A stretch of DNA of 64,000 nucleotides from contig NC_043000.1 of NCBI RefSeq assembly GCF_006345805.1, positions 10,850,001-10,914,000 of the forward strand. Reading direction: 5' to 3'. Shown piece by piece: positions 1-13,052 of the stretch. The number at the start of each line of letters is the position of its first letter. The stretch's first letter is position 1. A model generated the notes under the pieces. It did no database searches. It was not told where the DNA came from and worked only from the letters and a program-made list of their open reading frames with translations. The position numbers and the translations under genes were made by a program. Source of the stretch: Octopus sinensis. Lineage: Eukaryota.

Positions 1-231
1 CTGTCGTATATATGTATATATATATATGTGTGTGTGTCTGTGTTTGTCCCCCTAGCATTGCTTGACAACCGAAGCTGGTGTGTTTACGTCCCCGTCACTT
101 AGCGGTTCGGCAAAAGAGACCGATAGAATAAGTACTGGGCTTACAAAGAATAAGTCCCAGGGTCGATTTGATCGACTAAAGGCGGTGCTCCAGCATGGCC
201 GCAGTCAAATGACTGAAACAAGTAAAAGAGT
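1..231 (+). mobile_element. SINE family 1, 3' half
   Basis: Matches the 3' half of full copies such as 38858-39278; ends GAAACAAGTAAAAGAGTA. Confidence 0.85.
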
Positions 232-412
232 ATGTATTGAATTTCAATGGTGCATTTCTCGCATTGGGTAGGTTTAACTTTGGTTAGGAATCTGCAAAGT
301 GAATGATATGTTTGAACACACTTCCAATGTCTGATATTTATGACTGTCTGAATTTTCTCAGACAAACTTTTTCAGTAAGGTAGAGACACTGTGGAATTTG
401 GTTTAACCTCTA

Positions 413-797
413 TGGAAGCACTCTGTCGGTTACGACGATGAGGGTTCCGGTTGATCTGAATCAACGGAACAGCCTGCTCGTGAAATTAACGGGTAAGTGG
501 CTGAGCACTCCACAGACACGTGTACCCCTAATGTAGTTCTCGGGGATATTCAGCGTGACACAGCGAGTGACAAGGCCGGCCCTTTGAAATACAGGTACAA
601 CAGAAACAGGAAGTAAGAGTGAGAGAAAGTTGTGGTGAAAGAGTACCGCAGGGATCACCACCATCGCCTGCCGGAGCCTCGTGGAGCTTTTAGGTGTTTT
701 TGCTCAATAAACACTCACAACGCCCGGTCTGGGAATCGAAACCACGATCCTATGACCGCGAGTCCGCTGCCCTAACCACTGGGCCATTGCGCCTCCA
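413..797 (-). mobile_element. SINE family 3, long form (tRNA-derived head)
   Basis: Head GGAGGCGCAATGGCCCAGTGGTTAGGGCAGCGGACTCGCGG...GGTTTCGATTCCC with A and B boxes. Confidence 0.85.
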
Positions 798-804
798 CTT
801 TAGT

Positions 805-1050
805 ACTATGGACATGTGATTAGAATGATGCAGGAAATAATTGCAAGATATATTTTTCAAGCTGAGCCAACCAACAGGGGACCTAGGGATAGACCAAGAA
901 TGAGATGGTTGGATAATATACATTGTCTCAGTTGGTCATGCTTGAGAATCCATACAGAAAGTTGCTTCTGTTAGGACCCTATGGAGGAGGTGCTTAAGGA
1001 CTCTGCCCCCATGGCCCAGGAATAATAGCCAGAGAAAATGGATGGCTGGA
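805..1050 (+). mobile_element. Degenerate 3' end of an Expander/Rex3-like RTE LINE
   Basis: Reads GHVIRM...RGPRDRPRMRWLDNIH...LWRRCLRTLPP, like RTE ORF2 C-termini. Confidence 0.55.
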
Positions 1051-1162
1051 GTAATTTCTTCCGTATAAATTGATTAATTGGTGGTATAAATTGTATTTGC
1101 CTGTGTTGTAGGTACTTGACAATTCCTTTCTTAATACTGTACAGATAATGAGATAATAGGAT

Positions 1163-1352
1163 TGTAGGCAACTGTAGTTAAATCCATGCCCGGCCGTGGG
1201 TCATCTGGAGTTATTGACAGGCAGCTCGCTGCTAACTGCTTTGTCCTTTTATCCCCTTTTCATGAGCGCCACCTCGTTGTTAACGATGTGACCAGGGGAG
1301 ATAACTCCAGATGACCTACGGCCGGGCATGTATTTAACTACAGTTACCTACA
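1163..1352. mobile_element. 190-bp MITE, Ginger-like termini
   Basis: 52-bp TIRs (1163-1214 and 1301-1352, 3 mismatches), TGT...ACA ends, perfect 4-bp flanking duplication GGAT. Confidence 0.8.
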
Positions 1353-1562
1353 GGATCCAGGGCTGTTGGTTTTCAATTCAGCAACGTTCTGACTCCTGTT
1401 TCTGTCTTTTGCATCAGTACATCAAATTGTAGCAGCACAAGCTGTCAGCACCATATTGGATGAGATCTTGCGGCACTCCGAGACTGGAGTGAGACCTCAC
1501 CTGCATCCTTTTGCCATGTCCGAGAACACAATGAGGCTCGCGATAGAAAACTATATAAAGGG

Positions 1563-1791
1563 CGAGCTGGCAGAAACGTTAGCACACCGGACGAAATGCT
1601 TAGTGGTATTTCGTCTGCCATTATGTTCTGAGTTCAAATTCCGCCGAGGTCAACTTTGCCTTTCATTCTTTCAGGGTCGATAAATTAAGTGCCAGTTACA
1701 CACTGGGGTCGATGTAATCGACTTAATCCCTTTGTCTGTCCTTGTTTGTCCCCTCTATGTTTAGCCCCTTGTGGGCAATAAAGAAATAAGG
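1563..1791 (+). mobile_element. SINE family 2 (~230 bp)
   Basis: B-box GAGTTCAAATTCC, core GCCTTTCATCCTTTCGGGGTCGATAAATTAAGTACC, 15-bp TSD AAACTATATAAAGGG. Confidence 0.9.
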
Positions 1792-2130
1792 AAACTATAT
1801 AAAGGGAAAACCCTCTTCAAATCTTTCTTTTTGGTGTTCCCTTTTTGTGAACACCACCACTGGCTGGACCTGTCTATCTCCAGAGGCAATGCACCCACAC
1901 TAACGGAGCTACTACACAATGCATACAGCTAAAGATGGTAGCTGAGAGCAGCACGCTTCAACTTTCCTGTAAATAAACCAGTTGTAAAATAGCATTTGTA
2001 CTTGAAGTTTTCTCTCTTCGCCTGCCGAAAGCCTGAACTACATGAAGAACAAAAAAAAGATGATGGAAGGAGATGATATTCTTCCAATATTGTAAACCTT
2101 GCCTTCCATTACAAAAAAATAATAAAATAA

Positions 2131-2510
2131 TAGGCGCAGGAGTGGCTGTGTGGTAAGTAGCTTGTCTACCAACCACATGGTTCTGGGTTCAGTCCCACTG
2201 AGTAAGTGTCTTCTACTATAGCCTCCGGCCAACCAAAGCCTTGTGAGTGGATTTGGTAGACGGAAACTGAAAGAAGCCCGTCCTATATATGTATATATAT
2301 ATAAATGCGTTTGTGTGACTGTGTTTGTCCCCTAGCATTGCTTGACAACCGATGCTGGTGTGTTTATGTCCCCGTTACTTAGCGGTTCGGCAAAAGAGAC
2401 CGACAGAATAAGTACTGGGCTTACAAAAGAATAAGTCCCGGGGTCGAGTTGCTCGATTAAAGGCGGTGCTCCAGCATGGCCGCAGTCAAATGACTGAAAC
2501 AAGTAAGAGT
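2131..2510 (+). mobile_element. SINE family 1 (tRNA-like head, central TA/TG microsatellite)
   Basis: A-box-like TGGCTGTGTGG, B-box-like GGTTCAGTCC, AAGAGT tail; more than 10 copies in the window. Confidence 0.85.
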
Positions 2511-2819
2511 TGTTTGTTAATTTCCTTCCCCCAAAGTAAACTGGCTTGATATATGTAGTGAGTTCAAAGTGGTGTACAAGAATATGGATGTCTTCTTAAT
2601 ACTGGTTTCTATTTTTGGCACAAGACCAGCAATTTCAGGGGTAGGAGCTTGTTGATTACATTGAGCCAAGTGTTTAACTGATACTTGTTTTATCAATCCC
2701 AAAAGGGTGACGGGCAAAGTCAACCTCAGTAGGATTTGAACTTGGAATGTAAAGTCAGATGAAATGCTGCTATGTATTTTGCCTGGCATGCTAACGTTTC
2801 AGCCAGCTCACTGCCTTAA

Positions 2820-3039
2820 CCCCTTCATTACCAACCCGGCTGAAACTGGCTCTGGTTTTGAGTACAGATGTCTTGTTTTCATAAGTTTTGAAATAAAATC
2901 TTCCATCAAACCTTAGTCAGAATTTATGTTCCTAACACTAGCTTAAAGATAACTAAGTTCTTTTACTAAATTCTTCGTTATATTTAAAGTAATTGAAAGA
3001 AACACAGAGCATCCCAAAATAAATACAGTTATGAAAGGG
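2820..3039. mobile_element. 220-bp piggyBac-like MITE
   Basis: TTAA|CCC...GGG|TTAA; opposite orientation to the copies at 19905 and 58150. Confidence 0.8.
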
Positions 3040-3548
3040 TTAAGTGCCTTCTTAATATTGTCACAGTACAAAGGTGTCATCCACATCAACAAGTTCAGAA
3101 TTTTAGAGCCAAGTTTTTGGAAGTACTGTATGTAGACGATAATTGTTGATAATGTAAACCCAAAGATATTCCTTTGACATGCTATTAAATTTCAGTTTCA
3201 ATTTTGAAGTTAGTCCTTAAACACAGTTTTAACATCTTCACGATATTAACATTTGATATTTTATATATTCATGTAAACTATGGTTTTTTTCCATGCCTGG
3301 TTTTAACAAATGATAATACCTTGTCGATTAGAACATTGTTAAACAGCTTTCTACATCAGGGTTGATTATTTGGCTTATCCTGAACTAGTTCTACAAACGT
3401 TTGACTTATTCAAGAGTGGCTAAATGTAAGAGTTGCATCTGTAACAACCATACATTCTGAGAAATATATCCCTTTCTTTAGATTATAGGTCTTTAGTTCT
3501 GATAGAAAGAAACCATTATTAATATTTGGAGGATACTGTTACTATTTA

Positions 3549-3857
3549 AATAATAATAATAATGAAATTATTGTATACAGTGCTCAGATGCACCACAACT
3601 TGTCAGAAAGTGTATATAAAGTACATGCAGTAATGTAGAAATGTCTGGAAAGCGAACAATGTATGAGTCAGATACATGCTTGTATGGAGGGGAGAAAATC
3701 AAGTGTAGTGTTGGCGAATCTCTGGAAGCATGGAAGTTTTGAAGGATGCAGTGCTCCGACAACTAACAACTGATGCCGGCAGTTTGTTCCATGCTTCAGC
3801 AACTCTCAGCATGAAAAAAGGTTTCCTGAAGTCATGGGAGCTGTGCTGTTTTCTTCC
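3549..3857 (-). mobile_element. CR1-clade LINE 3' fragment
   Basis: Reverse complement of the 12690-13052 element; (ATT)n tail. Confidence 0.8.
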
Positions 3858-4009
3858 TTTGTAAATATGTCCACGGGTGTTAGATGGGTGGAGTTTGAAA
3901 AGGTGCTCAGAGTTATTGTTTGTACGATGAGCTAATTATAACAACATTTTCATCAAACATAGATTTTATTGAAATTATATCATTAAGTTTCTGTATTTTC
4001 TCTTTGCAG

Positions 4010-4108
4010 GCTGATCGTCGTAACAAATCTGCCAACCCAGACGACATAGAATCAGACGGAGCTGGAGACGGCAGCAAAGATGACATGGACGACGAGGGGA
4101 CTGACTAA
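4010..4108 (+). CDS. Terminal coding exon of an unidentified gene; acidic C-terminal tail ADRRNKSANPDDIESDGAGDGSKDDMDDEGTD*
   Basis: Strong acceptor (ctgtattttctctttgcag, AG at 4008-4009). The phase-0 frame is open for 32 codons to TAA with 12 D/E residues; the other frames stop early. GC-richer than its flanks and followed by AT-rich UTR-like sequence. No upstream exon found in 1-4009. Confidence 0.75.
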   Translation, partial: ADRRNKSANPDDIESDGAGDGSKDDMDDEGTD

Positions 4109-5394
4109 TCGACCAGTTCCCTGCCATACTTCCATCCACGATGGCAATGTGTCTGATAATGGCAGCAGTAAAACGACAGGAATATATAATACAGAATGTG
4201 TGCGTGCGTGTATGCGATGCAGAAAGAATAACGGTCATGAGAAAAGAAATATAATATTGATAAAATATGGAGCTGAGGAGCAAGGGAGACAACTAGTAAA
4301 ATTAAATATCACTATTTTGTGCAGATTTGGGCTAAAAAATGTTTTACTTTAGATAATGGGATTCTTTTTCAGTTCTTATAAATATAGCATAATTTATTCC
4401 AGCTGTAACTATTTTGTCTTTTCCATAGACACCGTGCACCTAGGACAACATTATCCAAAGCATCTTTCTTTTCGTAGATGCTAGGATAGGAATTATAAGA
4501 AATGTTCTTGCTGTTTCTAGCAGCTATTGCTAATGTTTAATGTAATGTTACTCTATGTGCGCCTAATTTATTCCTACTATATGATGTGTATATGTAAAAT
4601 ATTGTCACTATATGTGTATGTAATGTATTAATGCGTGTGTGTGTAATTATTCCTGTGCATTTTCCAAAGTCAAATGTTGCAAAAAATATATTTAAATTTA
4701 TAATCAAAACAGTGCATTTCCTCAAAATTCTTATTATCCTTGTGATGTTGTATTAGCTAACTCTTATCATACTAACTGCTGGACTCCATAATCCATAAAT
4801 TGTGTTGCCCGAAATTCACGCTTTCACGAATCATAAATCTTATCATTCATCACTCATGACTGATTACATTTTAGTTGATATGAACCAGTTTTCTTATGTA
4901 ACTCCTTTAGACTTGTTACCAAGTAACTCGGTTCAAACTGAAGAGCAGAAGATTTGTTGTTTTATGTTTTTATGTAGTGGTTGTAGTGGTTGTAGTAGTA
5001 GTAGTAGTAGCTTTTTGAAGGAATACATTTTGCAGTTGTTGTAGTGTACTGCCATTGCTTTAGTTCCCATGTTTGTAAGCAGTTTCAGGTTTCTCTTGAT
5101 GAAAGCTCAACTATATTACAAACTGGTGCCAATACATATTTAGTCTAACAGACAATTTTTAGTTCAAATTATGTACTGAAAAGCTTATTAATTTTTATTA
5201 GTGTGTTGAGTTTTATAGTTGTTGCTATTCTCTTGGAGCTACTTAAACCCTCATGTGTGACAACCTTTCTTCAGTTATCTCAAGAATCAATCAAACCCAA
5301 ATGTGTTCTGAAAACCATGATTATAACGACCTATATTATTTTCAGTAACAGTCAGACAAAATACATTTCATAATTGGAACAAATTTTAAAGCAA

Positions 5395-5784
5395 CTAGCA
5401 GTATTGCCCAGCATTTCTCGGGTTTGTTTCGACCCTTTAGAATTGGAATTTTTGAAAAGTAAAAATTATGCATTATGTAGCTTGTTATTCTCTTTAAGTG
5501 AACATTTTTCTGGTTGAAATACACCGTAAAATGGCGACACAGCAATAAAAAAATCGTAAAAAATAGGGATTCTCATAGAAAAAAAGCACCTTTTTGATGT
5601 AAATAATTTTTGGTCTTAACATGGTCTGATTTGAATTTTATCTTCTACGGAATGAAGAGCAAGTCTTCTTCTATCATACTCTCAATTTTGGTCAACTTGT
5701 GCTGCAGGGTTTTGGAGGAGATAGTGTTAGTTGAAGGCTACCAAACCTGCCACACACAGACAACTTCAGCTTTATATATATAGA
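5395..5784 (-). mobile_element. Non-autonomous Helitron-like element (~390 bp)
   Basis: A|TCTATATATATAAAG...CTAG|T termini, degenerate subterminal hairpin, no TSD; three copies in the window. Confidence 0.7.
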
Positions 5785-6499
5785 TATATAGATAGATAAG
5801 CTGGCAGACTTGATACTGTATCAGACGAAACACTTAACAACATTTCTTCTGGACATTACATTCTTTCAAACTCTGCTGAGGCTGGCTCTGCTTTACATTT
5901 TTTCAGGGTTGATAAAATAAGTAGCAGTTGAGCACTGGGGTCAACTAGCTTCCTCCAACAAAATTTCAGGTCCTGTGCCTGTAATAGAGAGACTATTTCT
6001 TTTACTACCCAGAAGGGGCTAAACACAGAGAGGACAAACAAGGACAGACAAACGGATTAAGTCGGTTATATCGACCCCAGTGCGTAACTGATACTTATTT
6101 AATCGATCCTGAAAGGATGAAAGGCAAAGTCGACCTCCTGTAATAGAAAGACTAATTAGAGGAAATTTTTTAATGCAAATTCCATTATTAGAAAAATGTT
6201 TCCTTGCTCCCACTTTCTCACTCTTAGAGTATATTTTAGTTATTGAACCTGATTTCTTAAATAAAAAAAGAAAAAAGAAACTAACATCCCTTCATTTATA
6301 TTCCAGTTTAAAATGATAAATGTTACAACTTTGATCATTTCTCAGGAAAATTGAGCTCCATTCTTTTCAACATAATAATAAAACAACAATGATATTATTT
6401 TGTGTGGTTGGTGTTCAGATGCATATTACAACTCATTAGAAAATGTAGTCAAGAGTGCATGAACAATACATAGAATAATGCTCAGAAAGTGAACATTTT

Positions 6500-6717
6500 A
6501 TTACTGTATTTATTTTGAGATGCTCTGTGTTTCTTTCAATTTCTTTAAATATAACAAAGAATTTAGTAAAATAACTTAGTTATCATTAAGTTAGTGTTAA
6601 GAACATTAATTGTGACTAAGGTTTGGTGGCAGATTTTAATTCAGAACTTTTGAAAACAAGACATTTGTACTACAGGGCCAGAGCCGGTTTCAGCCGGGTT
6701 AGTAATGAAAAGGTTAA
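6500..6717. mobile_element. Copy of the 220-bp piggyBac-like MITE with eroded left end
   Basis: Internal sequence matches 19905-20124. Confidence 0.7.
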
Positions 6718-8769
6718 AAGTAAAATAAAATATAAAACAATAGTCGTATTTTTAATTTCTTAAATAACTGAATAAGAGATAAGGGTAGTTTTATTTATAC
6801 TTAAATATATACATAAGTGTGAGAAGAAGAAGAAGAAAAAAAACAAAAACAATTCACCACTTTAGGTTGAAAATTTTGGGGTGCTGGGAAACGGTTTTTA
6901 AGGCACGCCAGCATGCTATAAGTTCTTTCCCCTTAATATTCACGTAAACATTTTTTTTTTATTTTAAAACATTTAACTTCACAGAAATTTACGAGATTTA
7001 TTTTCAATTTAGCCATACTTTTGGGTGTTTTCTAAAGAAACAATATTATATTTCCTCTTTCTCTATGTCACTGTGATTTCTTCCTGCCAAACTAGGTGTA
7101 TAAGTGTGACCAAAGATGTGTAAATGTAGCTAAAAAAAAAACTTCCTTTGCACCAGAAGTTTCATTAATATCATTAACCAACTGTTTTCATGGAACATCA
7201 GACATTTTTTATTCATTACAAATTGTATTCTTTATGGCATTTTTGTTGTGGATTTTCATGTTTTTTTTTTGTTTGTTTGTTTATTAGAAAAGACGTAGTA
7301 GAAATAATAGTAGTTTGGACTATTGCAAACAGAAATTGAACTAATTTAAAAGAAATATACCAAACTATTGAAGACAAAAATTGTAATGGATTCTTTGGTG
7401 CTGACACAGAAATCCCCTGTAGATGAACAAATTTGCTGGTAACATGTGCCAACGATTACTGAAACTATTGGTTTTGGTTCACCTTTCTTTTCAGAGTGTA
7501 ATTGTGTTTTTAATCTAGTTGAATTATCTGAGAAATATTAACCCTTTTGTGACCATATTTATTAAATAATACACTGCCCGTATGTTTCAATTACTTTGAA
7601 AATAATGAAACATTTAGAGAGATATAGTAAGATATCTGACTTCATCATTAAGATGTTCGTATATAAAATTATGACGGAAGGTTTCGTTTGAATATAAACA
7701 TATCGAAACAAGATTTTGTATCATGAAACCAAGTGTGGTCTCAGGCAGGTTGGAATCAAGAGGTCTTCCTGCCAATTTCAGACTTGTTAAAGAGAGAAAA
7801 AAATACTAGATTTAACAACATTTCTGCAAATATATTTTGAAATAATTTGAATGTTTTAATGCCTGAATTGTAACAGAATCTACTAAGGTGGCCTGTTTGC
7901 ATATTTCACTGGTTTTGTGTATTTCTAGGTTGTGACTTTTAAACTTTCAGCTCAGTGTTTCATTATTGTTTTTTTTTTTTGTTTTTTTCATTTTATTGAA
8001 AACATTTTCAAGGTTCTGTATGTATAGAACTTGTAACTTAGCAAGATTTTTTTTTTTTTATCTTATGATGTATTTATGATTTGAGTGTGTGGAAAAATAT
8101 GGGGGGTGGTTATGGAATTTTCATCAAATTACATAAAAGCCAAAGTGAACAATAAATCATCTTATAATTTGGAAAAGATTATTTTTCTTCCATCATCTCA
8201 GTAAGGAAACTAAAGTTTCTCTCAACTATATATTGTAACCTAAATATTTTTGTAAAAGTTTTTGTCATAACTTCTATTTTTGCAGTGTTAAAACAAAGTA
8301 TTTCTATATCATTTCTTAGAATTTCAAATAATTTCTTTAAATTTATATGTAACTAATTCCTCTGAAATTCCTGTTGCAAATATTAGAATAGCAATGCATT
8401 AATATGTGTATGTATGTATGTTTAGTGTGTGTGTGTGTTTGTGTGTGTATATAATATATATATGTGTGTGTGTGTGTGTGTGTATGTTTGTTGTGTAATG
8501 ATACTTGTCTTTGTGTGACATTGTTTCTCACCTGACATCTGATTCTGTCTGAATGTCAGTCAGTTTACAGGCATAACTTTTCAGTTTTTTTGATAATGCT
8601 ATGGATAATCATGATCTAAAGAAAAGAAAAAAAAGGATTAAAAAGAACTATAAATAATGTTGAGGTCCTGATAAATATTTCCTCAATATTGTTTTTCTTC
8701 CATCTTTTAACCTTCCTCATATCTTGAATCTGTATCAAATGGCGTAGAACTTTTCACATCAGCTTATAT

Positions 8770-8831
8770 ATTTATTTCTTTATTGCTCACAGGGTGGCTA
8801 AACATAGAGGGTACAAACAAGGACAGAAAGA

Positions 8832-8875
<44 letters not shown>

Positions 8876-8976
8876 CAGCATTTTGTCCATCATTATGTTG
8901 CGAGCTCAAACTCTACTAAGATCGACTTTGCCTTTCATCTTTCAATCTTGATAAATTAAGTACCAGAATAGAAAGA

Positions 8977-9022
<46 letters not shown>

Positions 9023-9597
9023 GGCGTCAAGCTAGCAGAATCCTTAGTACATGGGGTAAAATGTTTAGTGGCAGTTTGTCCATCTTTATGTTCTGAGTTC
9101 AAATCCTGCCAAGGTTGCCTTTCATCCTTTCAGGGTCAATGAAATAATACTTGTGCCTATAGTAGGAAGAGACTGCTATTATTATTAAGGCGGCAGTGAG
9201 CTGGCAGAATTGTTAGCATGTCGGACACAATGCATAGTGGTATTTCGTCCATCCTTACATTCTGAGTTCAAATTCCACCAAGGTTGACTTCACCTTTCAT
9301 CTTTTTGGGATCGATAAATTAAACAGCAGTGAAACACAGAGGTCAATGTAATCAACTAGTCCAGCTCCCAAAATTCCAGGCCTTGTGCCTTTTGCAGAAA
9401 GGATAATAATAATAACAATACTAATTATTATTATTACTGTTATTGTTATTATTATTATTATTACTATTTTATCAAGGTTGACTTTACCTTTCGTCCGTTT
9501 GGGGTCAATTAAATAAATACCAATTACGCATTTAGTTCGATAGGATCAGCTTAATCCCTTTCCCCAAATTCGAGGCCTTGTGTTTCCAACAGAAAGA

Positions 9598-9641
<44 letters not shown>

Positions 9642-9964
9642 CATTATTATTATTATTATTATGTCTTTTCCTTCTTTCTTCAAATTTTCTTCCGTTTCTT
9701 GCCGAGTGTTTTCCATACACCTAGGGCAGAGAAGGGCATTGTATGCATTCCCAGATTACACGCGCAAATTCACAGATAAAATATGTATTTAAAAATTAAT
9801 AAATAAATAAATTCATGGATGGATGTTATTTTCACAGCGATAATGCTTTTCTCAGTACATGAACCGTTCCAGTTAATACGATTTTTTTGTACTTCCTGTA
9901 GGGATGGTAAGCCTGGAATCATTTTCAAATAGGTTTCAGTATCTTTTTTTTATCATTCCTAGAG

Positions 9965-10017
<53 letters not shown>

Positions 10018-10260
10018 TATTATTATTATTATTATTAAGACGGTTGGGAGGATCATTACTGTAGTGATCGAAATACTTAACAGTATTTGTTCTAACTTTT
10101 TATATCCTGAGCTCAAATTCTACCAAAGTCAGCTTTATCTTTTCATCCTTTCATAGTTGATAAAATATAGTATCATTCACTTACTGGAATCAATGTAATC
10201 AACCGACGCTCTCCCCTTCAAAATTGCTGGCTCTGTGCTTAAATTAGAAATCATTATCAT
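8770..10260. repeat. Cluster of degenerate family 2 SINEs separated by long (ATT)n tracts
   Basis: About five partial SINE cores, mostly followed by (ATT)n, e.g. 8830-8875, 8975-9020, 9420-9470, 9598-9660, 9965-10035. Confidence 0.8.
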
Positions 10261-10659
10261 TCTGTTATAGCCTTATTTTCTTAGTAACACTTCAAATATT
10301 CGAAATCCTGGCTTTATGAAAAACACTTGACATATAACTGTCTTATTCAGAGAAACAATGTTCTTTTTAATTATTGCTGTTGTAAATTGATTTTTGTCAC
10401 GTTTACCTGTGATTCTTGATATATTATCTGGTTACCTGCATAAGATTAAAGAGGGGAAAAATATTGCACAATAACAACAACAGGGTTTAGTTTAACAGAA
10501 ATAAAATAAATTTGTAAAACTAGATTTTTACTTATCTAGAAAGTTTTGATGGTATTTACTCATGTTGTAAGATTTTGATAATAAAACTACATATATTTAA
10601 TGTGAGTTCTGCGTGATGTTTACTCTATGTTACTGTTTCTGTATTAAATGTATTTATGA

Positions 10660-10768
10660 AGAGTTGCTGAAGCATGGAACAAACTGCTGGTATCAGTTGT
10701 TAGTTGTTGGAGCACTGCATCCTTCAAAACTTCCATGCTTCCTGAGATTCGCCAACACTACACCTGTG
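10660..10768 (+). mobile_element. Short CR1 fragment
   Basis: Matches 12795-12900. Confidence 0.7.
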
Positions 10769-11029
10769 TAGACAGCTGCATGGTAAGAAGTTTGCTTCTT
10801 GGGTTCAGTCTCACTGCATGGCACCAAATGTTTTTCTACTAGCCAAAGCTTTGTGAGTAGATTTAGTAGATGGAAACTAAAAGAAGCCGATCTGACATCT
10901 GAAACTCGGAGTTTTATCATGGCTACTGAATAATTGTCACATATTATATTTACAGATAAATTCCTCTATTTACATAATATCGAGGTCTCTTTCATTCTTT
11001 TGTTGTCTTACCATTTCTATCAATATATA

Positions 11030-11338
11030 TGCGGCACGTTTGTGCCGGTGGCACGTAAATAGCACCATCTGATCTTGGCCGTTGCCAGCCTTGCCTGGCC
11101 CCCTTGCCGGTGGCACGTAAAAAGCACCATCTGATCATGGCCGTTTGCCAGCTTCATCTGGCACGTAAAGGCACCCACTACACTCACGGAGTGGTTGGTG
11201 TTAGGAAGGGCATCCAGCCATAGAAACATTGCTAGATCAGACTGGGCCTGGTGCAGCCTTCTGGCTTCCCAGACCCCAGTTGAACCATCCAACCCATGCT
11301 AGCATGGAAAGCGGAAGCTAAACGATGATGATGATGAT
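11030..11338 (+). mobile_element. 3' UTR fragment of the same RTE family, inserted in the TA tract of a SINE
   Basis: About two repeat units plus the conserved end (CCCACTACACTC...CCATGCTAGCATGG...(GAT)n). SINE halves lie on either side. Confidence 0.85.
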
Positions 11339-12004
11339 ATATATATGTGTGTGTCCGTCCGTTCTTGTCTTTGTGTCTATCCCCTATGGCTTTGACAACT
11401 GCTGCTGGCTTCTTTATGTCCTAGTAACTTGGCATTTCAGCAAGTGACCGATAGAATAAATACCAGACTGTGCTCCAGCATGGCCGCACTCTAATGACTA
11501 AAACAAAAGATAAAAGATAACTAAATTTCGGGTAAGGAAAAAGAATTATTTTGTTGTCTGGGGAGAGTCATTCTGTTTTAATGCCTTATTAATTAACATG
11601 CTCACCAGTTCAATTTCCTCTTATTTACTTCTTTATTTAATTTTCGAAAAATTTGAATAAATTTTTATTCAATTTCTTAAATAAATATTTCTCTTTTTAT
11701 TTAATTTAAAAAAAAGATTAAAAAAAATTTTTCTCTGTTTAAGGGGAGACAACCTCTCAAATAATAATGAATAGAATCTGATTAATGCAGGTTTAGCTTT
11801 GTGGTTAAGAAGTTTACACCACAACCACGGGGTTTCAGGTTCAGTTCCACTGTGCTTATACCTTGGGCAAGTCATCTACTTAAGCTTTGTGAGTGAATTT
11901 GGTTGACGAAAATCGTTTAGAGGACCGTCGTGCGCGTGTGTTCGCACGTATTTCTGTGTTTGTCTCACTGCTTGACAACTGGTGTTGGTTTGTTTATAAC
12001 CTTA

Positions 12005-12402
12005 CTAGCAGTATAGCCTGGCGTTGTTCGGGTTTGTTTTCTTTTCAACCCTTTAGAATTGGAATTTTCGAAAAATAAAAATTTTGCATCATGTAGCTTG
12101 TTATTCTCTTTAAGTGAACATTTTTCTGGTTGAAATACACCGAAAAATGGCGACACAGCAGTCAAAAAATTGTAAATAATAGGGATTTTCATAGAAAAAA
12201 AAGCACCTTTTTGATGTAAATAATTTTTGGTCTTAACATGGTCTGATTTGAATTTTTTTCTTCTACAGAATGAAGAGCAAGCCTTCTTCTATCATACTCT
12301 CAATTTTGGTCAAGTTGCGCCGCAGGGTCTCGGAGGAGATAGTGTTAGTTGAAGGCTACTAAACCTGCCATACACAGACAACTTCGGCTTTATATATAAA
12401 GA
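12005..12402 (-). mobile_element. Non-autonomous Helitron-like element, copy 2
   Basis: Matches 5395-5784 with the same termini. Confidence 0.7.
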
Positions 12403-12689
12403 TTACTTAGAGGTTTGACAAAAACGGACCTGTAGAATAAATACCGTATTCTCTGGTATACAAGGCGAAGTTTTCAGACAAAAGTTCCATGTGAAATGCA
12501 ACAGGATTTGGAAAGATAATGATAATATTTGATTGTTTACACTACATGTTTATACAATATCTACGACGTCTTATATGCCAGGAAATATGGTATCAAAATT
12601 TCAGATTAGGACTGAGGTTGACATGATTGACTAAACTCTTGGAGAAAACAGCTCAGAATGGCTACAAGTCCAATGATAGAAACAATAAC

Positions 12690-13052
12690 TCTGAGCACCT
12701 TTTCAAACTTCATCTGTCTAACACCTGTGGACATGTTTACAAAGTCAGAAAACAGCACAACTCCCATAATTTTCGGAAACATTTTTTCACGCTAAGAGTT
12801 GCTGAAGCATGGAACAGACTGCCAGCATCAGTTGTTAGTTGTCGGAGCACTGCATCCTTCAAAACTTCCATGCTTCCTGAGATTCGCCAACACTACACCT
12901 GATTTTCTCCCCTCCATACACACGCAAGCATGTATCTGGCTCGTACACTGTTCGCTTTCCAGACATTTGTACATTACTGCATATGCTTTATACACACTTT
13001 TGACAAGTTGTGGTGCACCTGAGCACTGTATACAATAACTTCATTATTATTA
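12690..13052 (+). mobile_element. CR1-clade LINE 3' fragment
   Basis: ORF 12627..12902 ends GHVYKVRKQH...RKHFFTLRVAEAWNRLPASVV, a typical CR1 ORF2 end; (ATT)n tail. Confidence 0.85.

Noticed and set aside
2010-2100. Possible internal plus-strand exon (LNYMKNKKKMMEGDDILPI)
   Set aside because: Weak acceptor, phase-2 donor incompatible with the phase-0 terminal exon, and no recognisable motif.
9532-10116. Poly-Ile and poly-Asn ORFs
   Set aside because: Translations of (ATT)n microsatellites.
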